DNA from: an uncultured Rivularia sp.
GTDB taxonomy: Bacteria; Cyanobacteriota; Cyanobacteriia; Cyanobacteriales; Nostocaceae
Direction: 5' to 3'
DNA length: 64,000 nt
NCBI GenBank assembly: GCA_963665115.1
Contig: OY762007.1
Location: 3,616,001-3,680,000 of the forward strand
Positions 9,857-20,846 of this stretch are shown here, one piece after another. The first letter of the stretch is position 1. Every line of letters starts with the position of its first letter. The notes under the pieces are model-generated. The model had not been told where the DNA came from and did no database searches. It saw only the letters and a program-made list of their open reading frames with translations. A program made the translations under genes and the position numbers.

Positions 9857-11752
9857 TTAAGGTAAATATTTGTATTCTTTCCTTAACTCAAAATGTGCCT
9901 CCTGAATAGAAAGCGTCAATCCGACTTCATCATTATTGTTATTCCGAGCTATTCTTGAAGCTGTCTGTCCATTATTATCCCTTAAAGTAGGATTTGCTCC
10001 CTTTTCAATTAGGAACTCAATTAGATTTGGACTATTACTTTCTTTCGCTGCAATCATTAATGGTGTTTTGCCAAAATGATCCCTTTTATTAATATCGGCT
10101 CCCTTTGCAATTAGCAATTCGAGTAAAGTGAAATTACTATTTTCTTCGATTGCGAGCATTAACGGTGTTTTACCATCAATTGTGTTTCTTTTGTCGATTT
10201 CGGCTCCTTGTTCAAGGAAATATTTTATTAAGTCTAGATTGTTCTCTTTTGCAGCAAAATGTAGTGGAGTATAACCAGCAGAATTGCTAACTTTAATTTC
10301 TGCTTTTTTATTGACAATAAATTTTACCAGAGCAAGTGTATCCTTATTATCGTTACCTTGATTCTTTTCTAAAGTATCTATAGAATATCTTTGATTTTGA
10401 TTTAATTCTTGAAATACGAGATATAGGGGAGTGTTTCCAAATTTATCTTTTGTATTGATATCTGCTTGATGAGATAAAAGTAATTCTATCATCGATTTAT
10501 TTTGATTTGCGACTGCATGATGTAGTGGAGTCCGATTAAACAAATCTTGAGTGTTAACATCAGCACCTTTGGATATTAAAAACTTTGCCCAATCAACAGA
10601 ATTTACATAAGGTAATGTATTATTTATATTTGCACCTTTAGCTATTAAAAAATCTACTAACTGTTGAGAATTAGCATTCATTGCACATAGTAATAAGCTC
10701 CTTTCTTCTAATTTATAACTTCCTGTACCGTATTCAATAAATTTATAATTAGGATTTCCACCTAAATTTACAAAATTTGTTATCTGCGAAGCATTTTTAC
10801 AGATGGTTTGTGGAGGTTTGAAACCTAGCGGAACTAAAATTGCCCATTTATAATTATTAAAAATAAAAGTGCCTAAAGCGATGGTAATCCCCATTGCTAT
10901 GGCAGCTTTCAACAACATGGGTTTTGGCTTTCCCAAGATTATCTTCCGCTTCCCCTGCAACACCTCCAAAGCAACTTTCGCTGAAGAAAATCTTTCCTCT
11001 AAATCTGGCTCCAGCATTTTATCCAGCCAGTCTGCAAAATCATCAGATACCTTTATTTGACTGCGAAAGTCGATTTTTAAACCATCTGTGGGAAAATCTG
11101 CGGGGGAGCGATGTGTGAGCAAAAATAATAATGTTGCACCTAAACCATATAAATCGGTTGCGGGTACGGCTTTTCCTTGAAACTGCTCTGGTGCCATGTA
11201 ACCGTAAGTTCCCACAACCGTACTACCGCGCATAAAAGTACTGTAGTAGGTATCTTGCACTGCACCAAAATCTACTAGAAATACTTTCTTGTTATCGTAA
11301 ATAATATTTTGCGGTTTGATATCTCGATGAGTGACTGGAGGTGTCAGCGAATGCAGGTAAATTAAAATTTCTAAAATTTGCTTGGCTATATCTTTTAGCT
11401 GTTGCTCGTTAGTGCGCCAATTTTCTTCTACAAGTTTGGCTAGAGATTTACCAGGAGCGAGTTGTTGGGCAATATAAAAATGTTTTTCCCCATCGGTATC
11501 GGCATCAAAATATTCTAAATAATCAGGAATTGAGGGATGATTGAGTTGAGCCAGAATCTTTGCTTCTCTTTCAAATAATTCCATTGCTTTCCAATCTGTC
11601 ATTCTATGTAATGACAGCGCTTTTAAAGCAACGATTTGATTCTTATGTAAATCTTGAGCGAGGTAGGTTATCCCACTTCCACCTTCTCCCAAAGTATTGA
11701 TAATTTGGTACTTTTGGGCAACTATATTATTAGATTGATTAAACGGTTTCAT
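9857..11752 (-). CDS. Ser/Thr protein kinase with a TM helix and ankyrin repeats
   Basis: HRDIKPQN, DFG and APE, followed by repeated TPLH/TPLM..A...LI.KGADIN ankyrin motifs. Confidence 0.92.
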   Translation of the reverse strand: MKPFNQSNNIVAQKYQIINTLGEGGSGITYLAQDLHKNQIVALKALSLHRMTDWKAMELFEREAKILAQLNHPSIPDYLEYFDADTDGEKHFYIAQQLAPGKSLAKLVEENWRTNEQQLKDIAKQILEILIYLHSLTPPVTHRDIKPQNIIYDNKKVFLVDFGAVQDTYYSTFMRGSTVVGTYGYMAPEQFQGKAVPATDLYGLGATLLFLLTHRSPADFPTDGLKIDFRSQIKVSDDFADWLDKMLEPDLEERFSSAKVALEVLQGKRKIILGKPKPMLLKAAIAMGITIALGTFIFNNYKWAILVPLGFKPPQTICKNASQITNFVNLGGNPNYKFIEYGTGSYKLEERSLLLCAMNANSQQLVDFLIAKGANINNTLPYVNSVDWAKFLISKGADVNTQDLFNRTPLHHAVANQNKSMIELLLSHQADINTKDKFGNTPLYLVFQELNQNQRYSIDTLEKNQGNDNKDTLALVKFIVNKKAEIKVSNSAGYTPLHFAAKENNLDLIKYFLEQGAEIDKRNTIDGKTPLMLAIEENSNFTLLELLIAKGADINKRDHFGKTPLMIAAKESNSPNLIEFLIEKGANPTLRDNNGQTASRIARNNNNDEVGLTLSIQEAHFELRKEYKYLP

Positions 11753-11884
11753 GTAAAGGAAAGCTTAAATATATTAAATTCAATGATTAAATTTTAGGTG
11801 TATCTTAGTATGACTATTCACCGTAAAAATGCCGATTTTACGATATTTATATAATATTTTTGAAATACAATAAAAATCAAATTC

Positions 11885-12736
11885 ATGACTAATTATTTCA
11901 AGTCAAAACCAGAAGTAAACACCGTTAAAGCTTGGATGTTTGAAGATACGCTGCTGGAATTCTATCGTTATGTGCCTACCGAGCCGGAAAAATTACCAGC
12001 ACATTGCCACTCGGAATATCAGTTTTGTTTAAGCCCTAATTACCCTAGCGAATATTATTACCGCAAGTCAGTTCACTTTTTGCCTCCTTGGAGTTTGAGC
12101 ATTATTCATCCAGGAGAGATGCATTCGGGAACCGGAAGAGATGTAGGAAACTGCAAAATTCCCGCGACATTTCTAATGATGTATGTAAAACCTAAAATTA
12201 TTCATCAATTTGCTCAAGAATTAGGTTGGCACGCTAAATTACCATTCTTTCGTAACTCAATTATTTTTGATTCTAGTATTGCTCGATTATTTCTCAACTT
12301 TCATCAAGCTTCTGATGGTAAGGCTTCTAGATTAGAACAAAATGTGCGAGCGCAATTGTTTTTATCTTATTTAATTAATAATTTTGCTTCTGGTAAATCT
12401 GTAGTTAAACCTTGTGCTGAAGAAAGAAAAGCTATTAAGCAAGTACGCAATTATTTATACGATTATTATGATGAAGATGTCAGCCTTAAGCAGCTTGCGG
12501 AATTTGTTAATTTTAGCCCTTATTATTTAAGTCGAGTATTTAAAGCAGAAGTGGGAGTTTCCTTACCGCAATATCAAGCTCAAGTGCGAATAAATCAAGC
12601 TAAATTAATGTTGCTTCAAGGAACACCTATCAAGCAAGTTGCTGCTAGAACTGGTTTTGTGGATCAAAGTCACTTTACGCACCACTTCAAACGCTTTGTA
12701 CAGGTGACTCCGGGAAATTATATTATATCGCCGTAA
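11885..12736 (+). CDS. AraC-family transcriptional regulator (cupin-like domain plus HTH)
   Basis: N-terminal HCH...IHPGEMH and C-terminal SPYYLSRVFK...GFVDQSHFTHHFKR...TPG.Y. Confidence 0.92.
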   Translation: MTNYFKSKPEVNTVKAWMFEDTLLEFYRYVPTEPEKLPAHCHSEYQFCLSPNYPSEYYYRKSVHFLPPWSLSIIHPGEMHSGTGRDVGNCKIPATFLMMYVKPKIIHQFAQELGWHAKLPFFRNSIIFDSSIARLFLNFHQASDGKASRLEQNVRAQLFLSYLINNFASGKSVVKPCAEERKAIKQVRNYLYDYYDEDVSLKQLAEFVNFSPYYLSRVFKAEVGVSLPQYQAQVRINQAKLMLLQGTPIKQVAARTGFVDQSHFTHHFKRFVQVTPGNYIISP

Positions 12737-12840
12737 TTGGTAATTGAAAAAACAGCGCAATAATATACAAGACTTGCTCAATCCGAAAAGATATCTTTTT
12801 TGAAAAGATGTATAGAACTTTCGGAAAGATATTAAAAGAA

Positions 12841-13773
12841 ATGAGTAATTCAGAATTTGAACCACCATTAAATAATCAAAACAAACACCTAACTAGACGA
12901 AAGCTTGTTTTAGGTGGGGCTGCTGCTGGAGTTACGGCTGCGGTAATAGCTCAAAAAGTGCAAGCAAATACCGAAACACCACCACAACCAGCAACCAGTA
13001 AAGCCAATCCGAAAGGTAGATTTGCCGATAAAGTTGTTATTGTCACGGGTGCAACTTCCGGTATCGGCGAAGCAACTGCGATCGCTTTTGCTCAAGAAGG
13101 TGCAAAAGTTGCTTTTAACGGCAGACGAGCCAATTTGGGAGACAAAATTGAGCAAGCAATTCGTCAACAAGGTGGTGAAGCCAGCTATATCCAAACGGAT
13201 GTACGCGAGCCAGAACAAGTAATGCAGTTTTTTCGCGAAGTTATCAAACGCTACGGGAAGCTAGATATTGCTTTTAATAATGCTGGTGTCGTTAGCCCGA
13301 ATGCTCCTAGTGCCGAACAATCTTTGGAAACTTGGATAGATGTAATGAACACCAACGCTCGCGGTTACTGGTTGTGCATGAAAGAAGAAATTCCGATTAT
13401 GCTCAAACAAGGTGGCGGACATATTATTAATAATGCTTCAGTTTCAGCCCATGTTGGTTTTGCGAACATCATGCCTTACTCCACATCTAAACACGCTATT
13501 CTTGGCTTAACCAAATGTGCGGCATTAGAATACGGCTCCCAAAATATTCGTATCAACTCAATCAGCCCCGGTGGAGTAGATACACCTATGCGGCGACAAG
13601 CAATTTTAGCGCAAAATAGCGACCCTACAACACCACCGCCAAATCTACCGAAACGAATTAATACATCACATGAAATGGCGCGAGTTGTAATGATGCTGGC
13701 TTCCGATGACGCTACCTCAATCCTCGGTACCGATATTGATGTGACAACCGGAATGCTGACAAGTTGCGTTTAA
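12841..13773 (+). CDS. Short-chain dehydrogenase/reductase with a putative Tat signal peptide
   Basis: TGATSGIG, NNAG, S...YSTSK and ISPG, preceded by TRRKLVLGGAAAGVTAAVIAQKVQA. The start is at 12808 or 12841. Confidence 0.88.
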   Translation: MSNSEFEPPLNNQNKHLTRRKLVLGGAAAGVTAAVIAQKVQANTETPPQPATSKANPKGRFADKVVIVTGATSGIGEATAIAFAQEGAKVAFNGRRANLGDKIEQAIRQQGGEASYIQTDVREPEQVMQFFREVIKRYGKLDIAFNNAGVVSPNAPSAEQSLETWIDVMNTNARGYWLCMKEEIPIMLKQGGGHIINNASVSAHVGFANIMPYSTSKHAILGLTKCAALEYGSQNIRINSISPGGVDTPMRRQAILAQNSDPTTPPPNLPKRINTSHEMARVVMMLASDDATSILGTDIDVTTGMLTSCV

Positions 13774-13951
13774 TTCACTGACGTTAAAAGTCTTAATAAT
13801 CACTAATTAACCCACCTCCGTGGGTTTTGCTTGTGTAGCAGAGCCATTGCGTTGCGGGGATTCCCCTCGTTGTAGCAACGTGCGGTTTCAACCGCCAGAC
13901 TTTAATGCTGGGTTTCGTTTCTCAACCCAGCCTACATACTGTTACCAATTA

Positions 13952-15643
13952 TCAATTATCAATTATCAATTCCCAATTACCACCTTGTTTTCCACGAACT
14001 ATTTCTAAACCTTCTTTTAAAGCATTCAATCTTTGATCCATCCAGTGATGTTCGGGAATTAAACCTTGAATACCCAATTTTTCTAAACGTCTTTTAACTT
14101 TTCCTGTTGCTCCCACAACTATTACTTCCCGATGCTCATCAATGGCTTCTTGAATTGCATTTTCAATCGCTAAGGAAGAAGTTACACCTAAAAGAGGAAC
14201 TTCACCTAAATCAACTATCAAAACATCGTAATTAGAAATAGCACTATGTTCTCTTGATATTGCTTTAGCAACTCCGAAAATCATTGGGCCGCTAAGATGA
14301 AATAATAATACTCTTCCATTGGCTAAATCTAAATATTTCTTTTCTTCAGGATTAAGAACAATTTTATCGTCGTCGTCGGTAATTGCTTTGACAGATTTAG
14401 ATTGCATTTCGTTCAAACGAGCAATAGTTAAAATATTCGCAACAAATACCCCGACGGCTACGGCAACCATTAAATCCACAAATACCGTCAGCAATACAAC
14501 ACCGTAAAGAATTCCGGCTGTTTTCAAGGAAATTTTGTGAACCCGTTTGAGAAAACTCCAATCAATAATATCAATCCCGACTTTTAAAACAATTGCTGCT
14601 AATACAGCAAGGGGAATTCCTGATGTTAAAGGAGCAGCCCACAACACCACAATTAACAGCACTAGAGCACGACTAATTCCCGATAACGCAGTTCTTGCAC
14701 CAGTTTGAATATTAACTACAGTTCCCGTTGTGGAACCAGAACCCGCAATTCCACCACATAAGCCGGTAATCAAATTAGCAACACCTTGCCCAATTAATTC
14801 TTTGTTTGGTTTATTTTCGGTACGGGTGAGACTGTCAGCAACAACGCAAGTTAACATACAGTCGATGGAACCTACCATACCTAACACTAAACTTTCGACA
14901 AACATTAACCTGAAATTGTCACTGCTAAAAGTAGGTAAATGTATTTCAGGTAAACCGGGAGTGATTTCACCGATAGTGGCAATGGTGCGAATTTGTACAC
15001 CATTTAATAAAAATATCCCAATTAAAGTACCGACAATTAAAGCTACTAATTGGGAAGGAATAAAGTTTTTTAATTTATTTGGATACAGAAAAAGAATTGC
15101 TAAAGTTACAATTCCCAAACCAGTTTCCCAATAATTAATATTAGTAATTAATGTTGGTAGATTCTGAATCACACCAAGCACTCCACCTTGGGGAGTTTCT
15201 TGTCCTAAAAAAGGTGCTATCTGAATAAAAATAAGAATTACACCGATTCCTGTCATAAATCCAGAAATCACATTGTAAGGCATCATTGTAATGTACTTTC
15301 CTAACCTAAGTAATCCAAAGATAATTTGAAATACTCCCGCCATCATGATTACCGTAAATGCCATTTCCAAACCATTTTCGGGATTATTAGCGGTTAGTTC
15401 AGTAATGAATGCGGTGACAAGTACCGTCATCGGTCCGGTTGGCTCGGAAATTAAACTTGGAGTACCACCGAACAAAGCGGCGAAAAATCCGACTAATATC
15501 GCTCCCCACAATCCCGCAGAAGCACCCGCACCAGAAGCTATACCAAAAGCTAATGCCATAGGCAAAGCTACCACCGCTGCCGTTACCCCTCCGAGAATAT
15601 CTCCTCGCAAGTTACGGAAATGGATCTGATTAGTTATTTGCAT
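13952..15643 (-). CDS. bicA: SulP-family Na+-dependent bicarbonate transporter BicA (copy 1)
   Basis: Starts MQITNQIHFRNLRGD; has ISEPTGPMT and a C-terminal STAS region LSGPMIFGVAKAISREH...LGVTSSLAIENAI characteristic of cyanobacterial BicA. Confidence 0.85.
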   Translation of the reverse strand: MQITNQIHFRNLRGDILGGVTAAVVALPMALAFGIASGAGASAGLWGAILVGFFAALFGGTPSLISEPTGPMTVLVTAFITELTANNPENGLEMAFTVIMMAGVFQIIFGLLRLGKYITMMPYNVISGFMTGIGVILIFIQIAPFLGQETPQGGVLGVIQNLPTLITNINYWETGLGIVTLAILFLYPNKLKNFIPSQLVALIVGTLIGIFLLNGVQIRTIATIGEITPGLPEIHLPTFSSDNFRLMFVESLVLGMVGSIDCMLTCVVADSLTRTENKPNKELIGQGVANLITGLCGGIAGSGSTTGTVVNIQTGARTALSGISRALVLLIVVLWAAPLTSGIPLAVLAAIVLKVGIDIIDWSFLKRVHKISLKTAGILYGVVLLTVFVDLMVAVAVGVFVANILTIARLNEMQSKSVKAITDDDDKIVLNPEEKKYLDLANGRVLLFHLSGPMIFGVAKAISREHSAISNYDVLIVDLGEVPLLGVTSSLAIENAIQEAIDEHREVIVVGATGKVKRRLEKLGIQGLIPEHHWMDQRLNALKEGLEIVRGKQGGNWELIIDN

Positions 15644-15811
15644 TTTGCATTATTACTCCATTAGAAAATCGAGTTGAATTAATTCATGGGAATGGAGAAT
15701 GCACCATTCTCAACAAGCAAAAAGAAACCGGGTTTTTCGTGCTGAGAATATAATTTTTTGGTTTAGCTATATACAAGAAATCCGGTTTTTCGTCAAGGTA
15801 CAAGATCTGAA

Positions 15812-16185
15812 TCAACGAAACAGCAATATAGGAATATCCGTACTTCTAAGCAGTTGAGCGGTTATACTACCAATTACCGTCATTGCGAATGCGGCTATAT
15901 CCGTAAGCTCCCATGAGTAATAAGCTAATATCTTGCTCGTTGATATAGTTGGCAATCTTCTAAAAAACTGCAACAGTATTTGATATTTAGCTCTTTTTCA
16001 TGATTGCTTAGGTTGGTTAAGTCTGTCTGTTGCCGTTCTATCAGAGCTATTTTTAGTTACTGTTAACAGATTTATTTCTAAGCTTTGAAAACAAGGAAAA
16101 TGTCATAAAAATTTGAGTATCTTTTTTTCGTTAAACTACGGTCATAAGCAAAAAAAATCCGCTGAATCGGTTTAAATTCAGCGGT
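15812..16185 (-). pseudogene. Degenerate copy of the C-terminal half of the universal stress protein gene
   Basis: DNA is colinear with 18383-18770. It translates in pieces as KIANYINEQDISLLLMGAYGYSRIR and VIGSITAQLLRSTDIPILLFR*, with frameshifts and stops. Confidence 0.85.
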
Positions 16186-16192
16186 GATTTTT
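16150..16192 (-). terminator. Putative intrinsic terminator downstream of bicA copy 2
   Basis: The minus strand reads ccgctgaat-ttaaaccg-attcagcgg followed by ATTTTTTTT, about 25 nt after the stop codon. Confidence 0.6.
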
Positions 16193-16210
16193 GGTTATTT
16201 AGCAGCGGTT

Positions 16211-17903
16211 TCAACCGCCAAACTGTTCGCTTTTTCTGCCGCTAACTATAGCAAAACCTTCTTTTAATGCACTCAGCCTTTCATCCATCCAGTGATGTTC
16301 GGGAATTAAACCTTTGATACCCAATTTTTCTAAACGCTTTTTGACTTTTCCTGTTGCTCCCACGACTATCACTTCCCTACGCTCATCAATGGCTTCGTGA
16401 ATTGCATTTTCAATCGCTAAGGAAGAGGTTACGCCCAAAACAGGAACTTCAGCTATATCTACAATTAAGACATCGTAATTTGCGATCGCACCATGTTCTC
16501 TGGCAATAGCTTTAGCAACTCCGAAAATCATCGGGCCGCTAAGATGAAATAATAATACTCTGCCGTTTGCTAAATCTAAATATTTCTTTTCTTCGGAACT
16601 AAGAAAAATTTGGTCGTCGTCGTCGGTAATTGCTTTGACAGCTTTTGATTGCATTTCATCAAGACGAGCGATAGTTAAGATGTTTGCAACAAATACCCCT
16701 ACGGCTACAGCTACCATTAAATCGACAAATACTGTTAGGAAGACCACACTATAAAGAATTCCGGCTGACTTCAAAGAAATTTTGTGAACTCGCTTCAGAA
16801 AACCCCAGTCAATAATATCGATCCCTACTTTTAAAACAATTGCGGCTAATACAGCAAGGGGAATACCTGATGTTAAAGGGGCTGCCCACAATACGACAAC
16901 TAACAACACCAAAGCCCGACTAATACCCGACAATGCAGTTCTTCCACCGGCTTGAATATTAACAACAGTCGCCGTTGTGGCTCCAGAACCGGCAATTCCA
17001 CCACAAAAGCCGGTAATTAAATTAGCAACACCTTGACCAATTAATTCTTTATTTGATTTATGTTCGGTACGGGTAAGACTGTCAGAAACCAAGCAAGTTA
17101 ACATACAGTCGATGGAGCCTACCATCGCCAATATCAAACCATTGACAAACATTAACCTCAAATTACCACTAGTAAAATCTGGCCAATATAGTCTTTCGGG
17201 TAAACCAGGAGTAATTTCACCAATAGTGGCAATAGTACGAATTTCTATTCCTCTCAAAAAAATCAAGGAAATTAACGTACCGACAACTAAAGCTACTAGC
17301 TGTGGAGGAACAAACTTTTTTAATTTATTCGGGTACAAAAAGAGAATTGCTAAAGTTACAATTCCTAAACCAGTTTCGACAAAATTAATATTGGCAATTA
17401 AATCCGGGAAATTCCTAATTACGCCAAGCACACCACCTTTTGGAGTTTCTTGCCCTAAAAAAGGTGCTATTTGAATAAAAATTAAAATAACACCGATTCC
17501 CGTCATAAATCCAGAAACCACGTTATAGGGCAGCATTGTAATATACCGCCCTAATTTCAGTAACCCAAAAATAATTTGAAATAGCCCTGCCAACATGGTT
17601 ACGGTAAATCCCATTGCCAAAGCTTTTGGTGGATCTTCGGGGTAAATAGCCATCAGTTCGGCAATAACTGCGGTAACAATTACCGTCATCGGGGCCAGTT
17701 GGCTCGGAAATTAGGCTGGGTGTACCGCCGAATAAAGCCGCAAAAAATCCGATTAATATTGCTCCCCACAACCCCGCAGAAGCACCTGCACCAGAAGCGA
17801 TACCAAAAGCTAATGCCATCGGTAAAGCAACTACTGCTGCCGTTAATCCGCCGAGAATATCCCCCCGCAAATTACGGAAATGGATTTGATTTGTTATTTG
17901 CAT
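16211..17903 (-). CDS. bicA: BicA-type SulP transporter (copy 2), with a +1 frameshift at 17691-17694
   Basis: ORFs 17523-17903 and 16211-17689 join into SEPTGPMT when one base of the GGGG run is removed. This gives a 563-aa protein closely similar to copy 1. Confidence 0.85.
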
Positions 17904-17905
17904 AA

Positions 17906-18375
17906 AAAGGTCAAAGGTTACAGGTTAAAGGTTAGAGGTTAAAGGTCAAAGGTTAAAGGTCAAAGGTCAAAGGTCAAAGGTTAAAGGTCAAAGGTCAAAG
18001 GTTAAAGGTCAAAGGTTAAAGGTCAAAGGTTAAAGGTCAAAGGTCAAAGGTTAAAGGTCAAAGGTTAAAGGTCAAAGGTTAAAGGTCAAAGGTTAAAGGT
18101 CAAAGGTTAAAGGTCAAAGGTTAAAGGTTAAAGGTCAAAGGTTAAAGGTCAAAGGTTAAAGGTCAAAGGTTAAAGGTCAAAGGTTAAAGGTCAAAGGTTA
18201 GAGGTTAAAGGTTAGAGGTTAGAGGTTAAAGGTTAGGTTGAAATAGTAAAATTCCTACTACTCCCTACTCCCTACTCCCTACTCCCTACTCCCTACTCCC
18301 TACTCCTTACTCCCTACTCACATCTCACATCTCACATCTCACATCTCACATCTCACATCTCACATCTCACATCTC
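17906..18375. repeat. Long compound heptamer tandem repeat (STRR): about 47 x AAAGGT(C/T), then (CTACTCC)n and (CACATCT)n
   Basis: Read directly from the sequence. It fills nearly the whole usp-bicA intergenic region. Confidence 0.95.
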
Positions 18376-18382
18376 TTCAAAA

Positions 18383-19246
18383 TCAACGAAATAGTAACAA
18401 AGGAATATTGCTACTTCTGAGTAGTTGAGCGGTGGTACTGCCGATTACTAAATGGCGAATGCGGCTGTGTCCGTAAGCTCCCATGAGCAAAAGACTAATA
18501 TCTTGTTCCTTAACATACTCAGCAATGGCTTTTTCCGATTCACCTTCTAATAAGCTACAAACTGGCTGATATTTAGCTCTTTCTAAAGATTGTTTGGCTT
18601 CATCAAGTCTGGCTGTTGCCTTTGGATCGGAACTATCTTTAGCTACAGTTAAAAGGTGTATTTCTAAATTTTGAAAAGCAGAAGAATTTGCTAAAAATTT
18701 CAATATCTTCTTTCCCGTCGCACTACCGTCATAAGCTAATAAGATGCGTTCAATGGGTTTAAATTCACTAGGAGTAACTAAGCAAGGCTTACGACTGCTG
18801 CGAACAATTCGATCCACATTTGCCCCTAAATGCCCCGGCGCAAAATCGGCTGCTTCTCCCCGTTGCCCTAAAAGAATCAAGTCTGAATTCTCTTCAAATT
18901 CATGCAAACAATCTACTAAGAAACCTGTTTTATGAATTAAATTAAAGTCTTCTATACCTTCTGCTTTTAGAGTTTGCGCTGCATTATCTAAAATCAATCT
19001 TGCCCGTTGATTGTTTATCTTAGCTCTTTCATGTTCTAAATTTACTAATTCATTCAGTAATTTTTCGCAAGCACCAAGTCCAATACTGCCGCTTAAGTTA
19101 CCAGTATTTGCAACTTGTTGACTGCGAATATCCGTGACAGACAAAATCTTGATTTGGGCATTGAATTGAGTCGCAAACCAAGCCCCATATTTATAAATAT
19201 TTTCGGCGAAAGATGAGCCATCGGTACAAAGTAAAATATTTTTCAC
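18383..19246 (-). CDS. Tandem-domain universal stress protein
   Basis: ILLCTDGS, LLGQRGE...LGANVDRIVR, LLAYDGS and MGAYGHSRIR..VIGSTT. Confidence 0.92.
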   Translation of the reverse strand: MKNILLCTDGSSFAENIYKYGAWFATQFNAQIKILSVTDIRSQQVANTGNLSGSIGLGACEKLLNELVNLEHERAKINNQRARLILDNAAQTLKAEGIEDFNLIHKTGFLVDCLHEFEENSDLILLGQRGEAADFAPGHLGANVDRIVRSSRKPCLVTPSEFKPIERILLAYDGSATGKKILKFLANSSAFQNLEIHLLTVAKDSSDPKATARLDEAKQSLERAKYQPVCSLLEGESEKAIAEYVKEQDISLLLMGAYGHSRIRHLVIGSTTAQLLRSSNIPLLLFR

Positions 19247-19352
19247 GGTGATTCCAGTCCCTGTAAGTGAAAGTATTGTTTATTGTCATAAAAAGCAGGG
19301 AGTAGGAAGTAGCAAACAGTAGATAGAAATTTGCCTAAAATAATCTTGCTCC

Positions 19353-20846
19353 TTATGTAGGGACATCGGATTTTTGATAGTCTGTCAATTTATCTAGTAA
19401 GGTGGCACTAGCTTCATTGAGTCCGATTAATTCTACTTCTGCTCCATTACGGCGAAATTTAAGTATCGCTTTATCGAGTACTTCTACTGCCCCTTGATCC
19501 CACAGGTGAGCATGAGTTAAATCGATGGTGACATTTTCAACTAGCTCCGTAAAATCAAAATACTCTAAAAATTCATCTCTTGATAAAAAGAAAATTTGTC
19601 CCGCGACTTTATAAGTGCAGTGCGAACCATCTTGACTGAGCATTTTATCTACAAATACCAACTGAGCAATCTTACGAGAAAAGAATACAGTACTCATTAC
19701 AATGCCCACAACCACACCAAGCGCAAAGTTGCTAGTAAAAATTATCACCAACATCGTAGTCAACATTACCGCTGTATCGGTGCGGGGAATACGACGAATA
19801 TTTTTAAAAGAAGACCAGCGAAATGTCCCAATTGATACCATAATCATTACTGCGACTAATGCCGCCATTGGCATTTGCTTTACCCAAATTTGCAAACCCA
19901 AAATCGCAATTAATAGGAAAACACCAGCCGCAAGAGTTGATAATCTACCTCTTCCGCCAGACTGCACGTTAATAACCGATTGTCCAATCATTCCACAACC
20001 AGCCATACCACCAAAGAAGCCCGCGATCATATTTGCAATCCCTTGCCCTTTTGCTTCCTGATTTTTATCGCTGGGAGTATCGGTAAATTCATCTACCAGG
20101 GAAGCCGTTAAAAATGAAGCCAATAATCCAACGATCGCCAAAGTCACGGAATAAGGCAGGATAATATTCAATGTTTCCAAATTAAACGGCACTTGGGGCA
20201 ATGCGAAACTAGGTAAGGCAGTGGGTAAATCTCCTTTATCTCCCACCGTGGGAACGTTAAGTTTTAGAGAAATAGCCGCTACAGTCATTACCACCAAAGC
20301 CACCAAGGGAGAAGGTACTACTTTGGTAAAGCGAGGCAAAATATAAATAATCGCCAGAGAAAGCGCAGTTAAAACGTATACTGTCAGCACGCTTACCGTT
20401 GACGGAAGACCGATTAATTCGGGTAACTGAGCCTTGAAAATCAACACAGCCAAAGCATTAACATAGCCAATCATCACTGCTCGGGGAATATACCTCATGT
20501 AGCGTCCGAGTTTTAGCACCCCAAACAAAACTTGAAAGATTCCCGTTACAAAAGTAGCTGCAAGTATATATTCTAAGCCAAGCTCTTTACCATACTCTTC
20601 AACTAAACTAATCATCAATAGAGCCATCGCTCCCGTAGCAGCAGAGATAGAAGCTGGCCTCCCTCCCAAAAACGCCGTTGTTATCGCAATAATAAACGAG
20701 GCATAAAGCCCCACCTTGGGATCGACACCAGCAATAATCGAAAAGGCGATCGCCTCGGGAATCAATGCCAATCCCACCACAGCCCCAGCCAAAATATCTT
20801 GCCGAGGATTAAAAAACCACTCTCGCTTCCAAGTTGTCAAATTCAA
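19353..20846 (-). CDS. SulP-family anion permease with STAS domain
   Basis: [29 protein letters not shown] and [11 protein letters not shown] start with an AGGAGG RBS at 20852-20857. Confidence 0.92.
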   Translation of the reverse strand: MNLTTWKREWFFNPRQDILAGAVVGLALIPEAIAFSIIAGVDPKVGLYASFIIAITTAFLGGRPASISAATGAMALLMISLVEEYGKELGLEYILAATFVTGIFQVLFGVLKLGRYMRYIPRAVMIGYVNALAVLIFKAQLPELIGLPSTVSVLTVYVLTALSLAIIYILPRFTKVVPSPLVALVVMTVAAISLKLNVPTVGDKGDLPTALPSFALPQVPFNLETLNIILPYSVTLAIVGLLASFLTASLVDEFTDTPSDKNQEAKGQGIANMIAGFFGGMAGCGMIGQSVINVQSGGRGRLSTLAAGVFLLIAILGLQIWVKQMPMAALVAVMIMVSIGTFRWSSFKNIRRIPRTDTAVMLTTMLVIIFTSNFALGVVVGIVMSTVFFSRKIAQLVFVDKMLSQDGSHCTYKVAGQIFFLSRDEFLEYFDFTELVENVTIDLTHAHLWDQGAVEVLDKAILKFRRNGAEVELIGLNEASATLLDKLTDYQKSDVPT

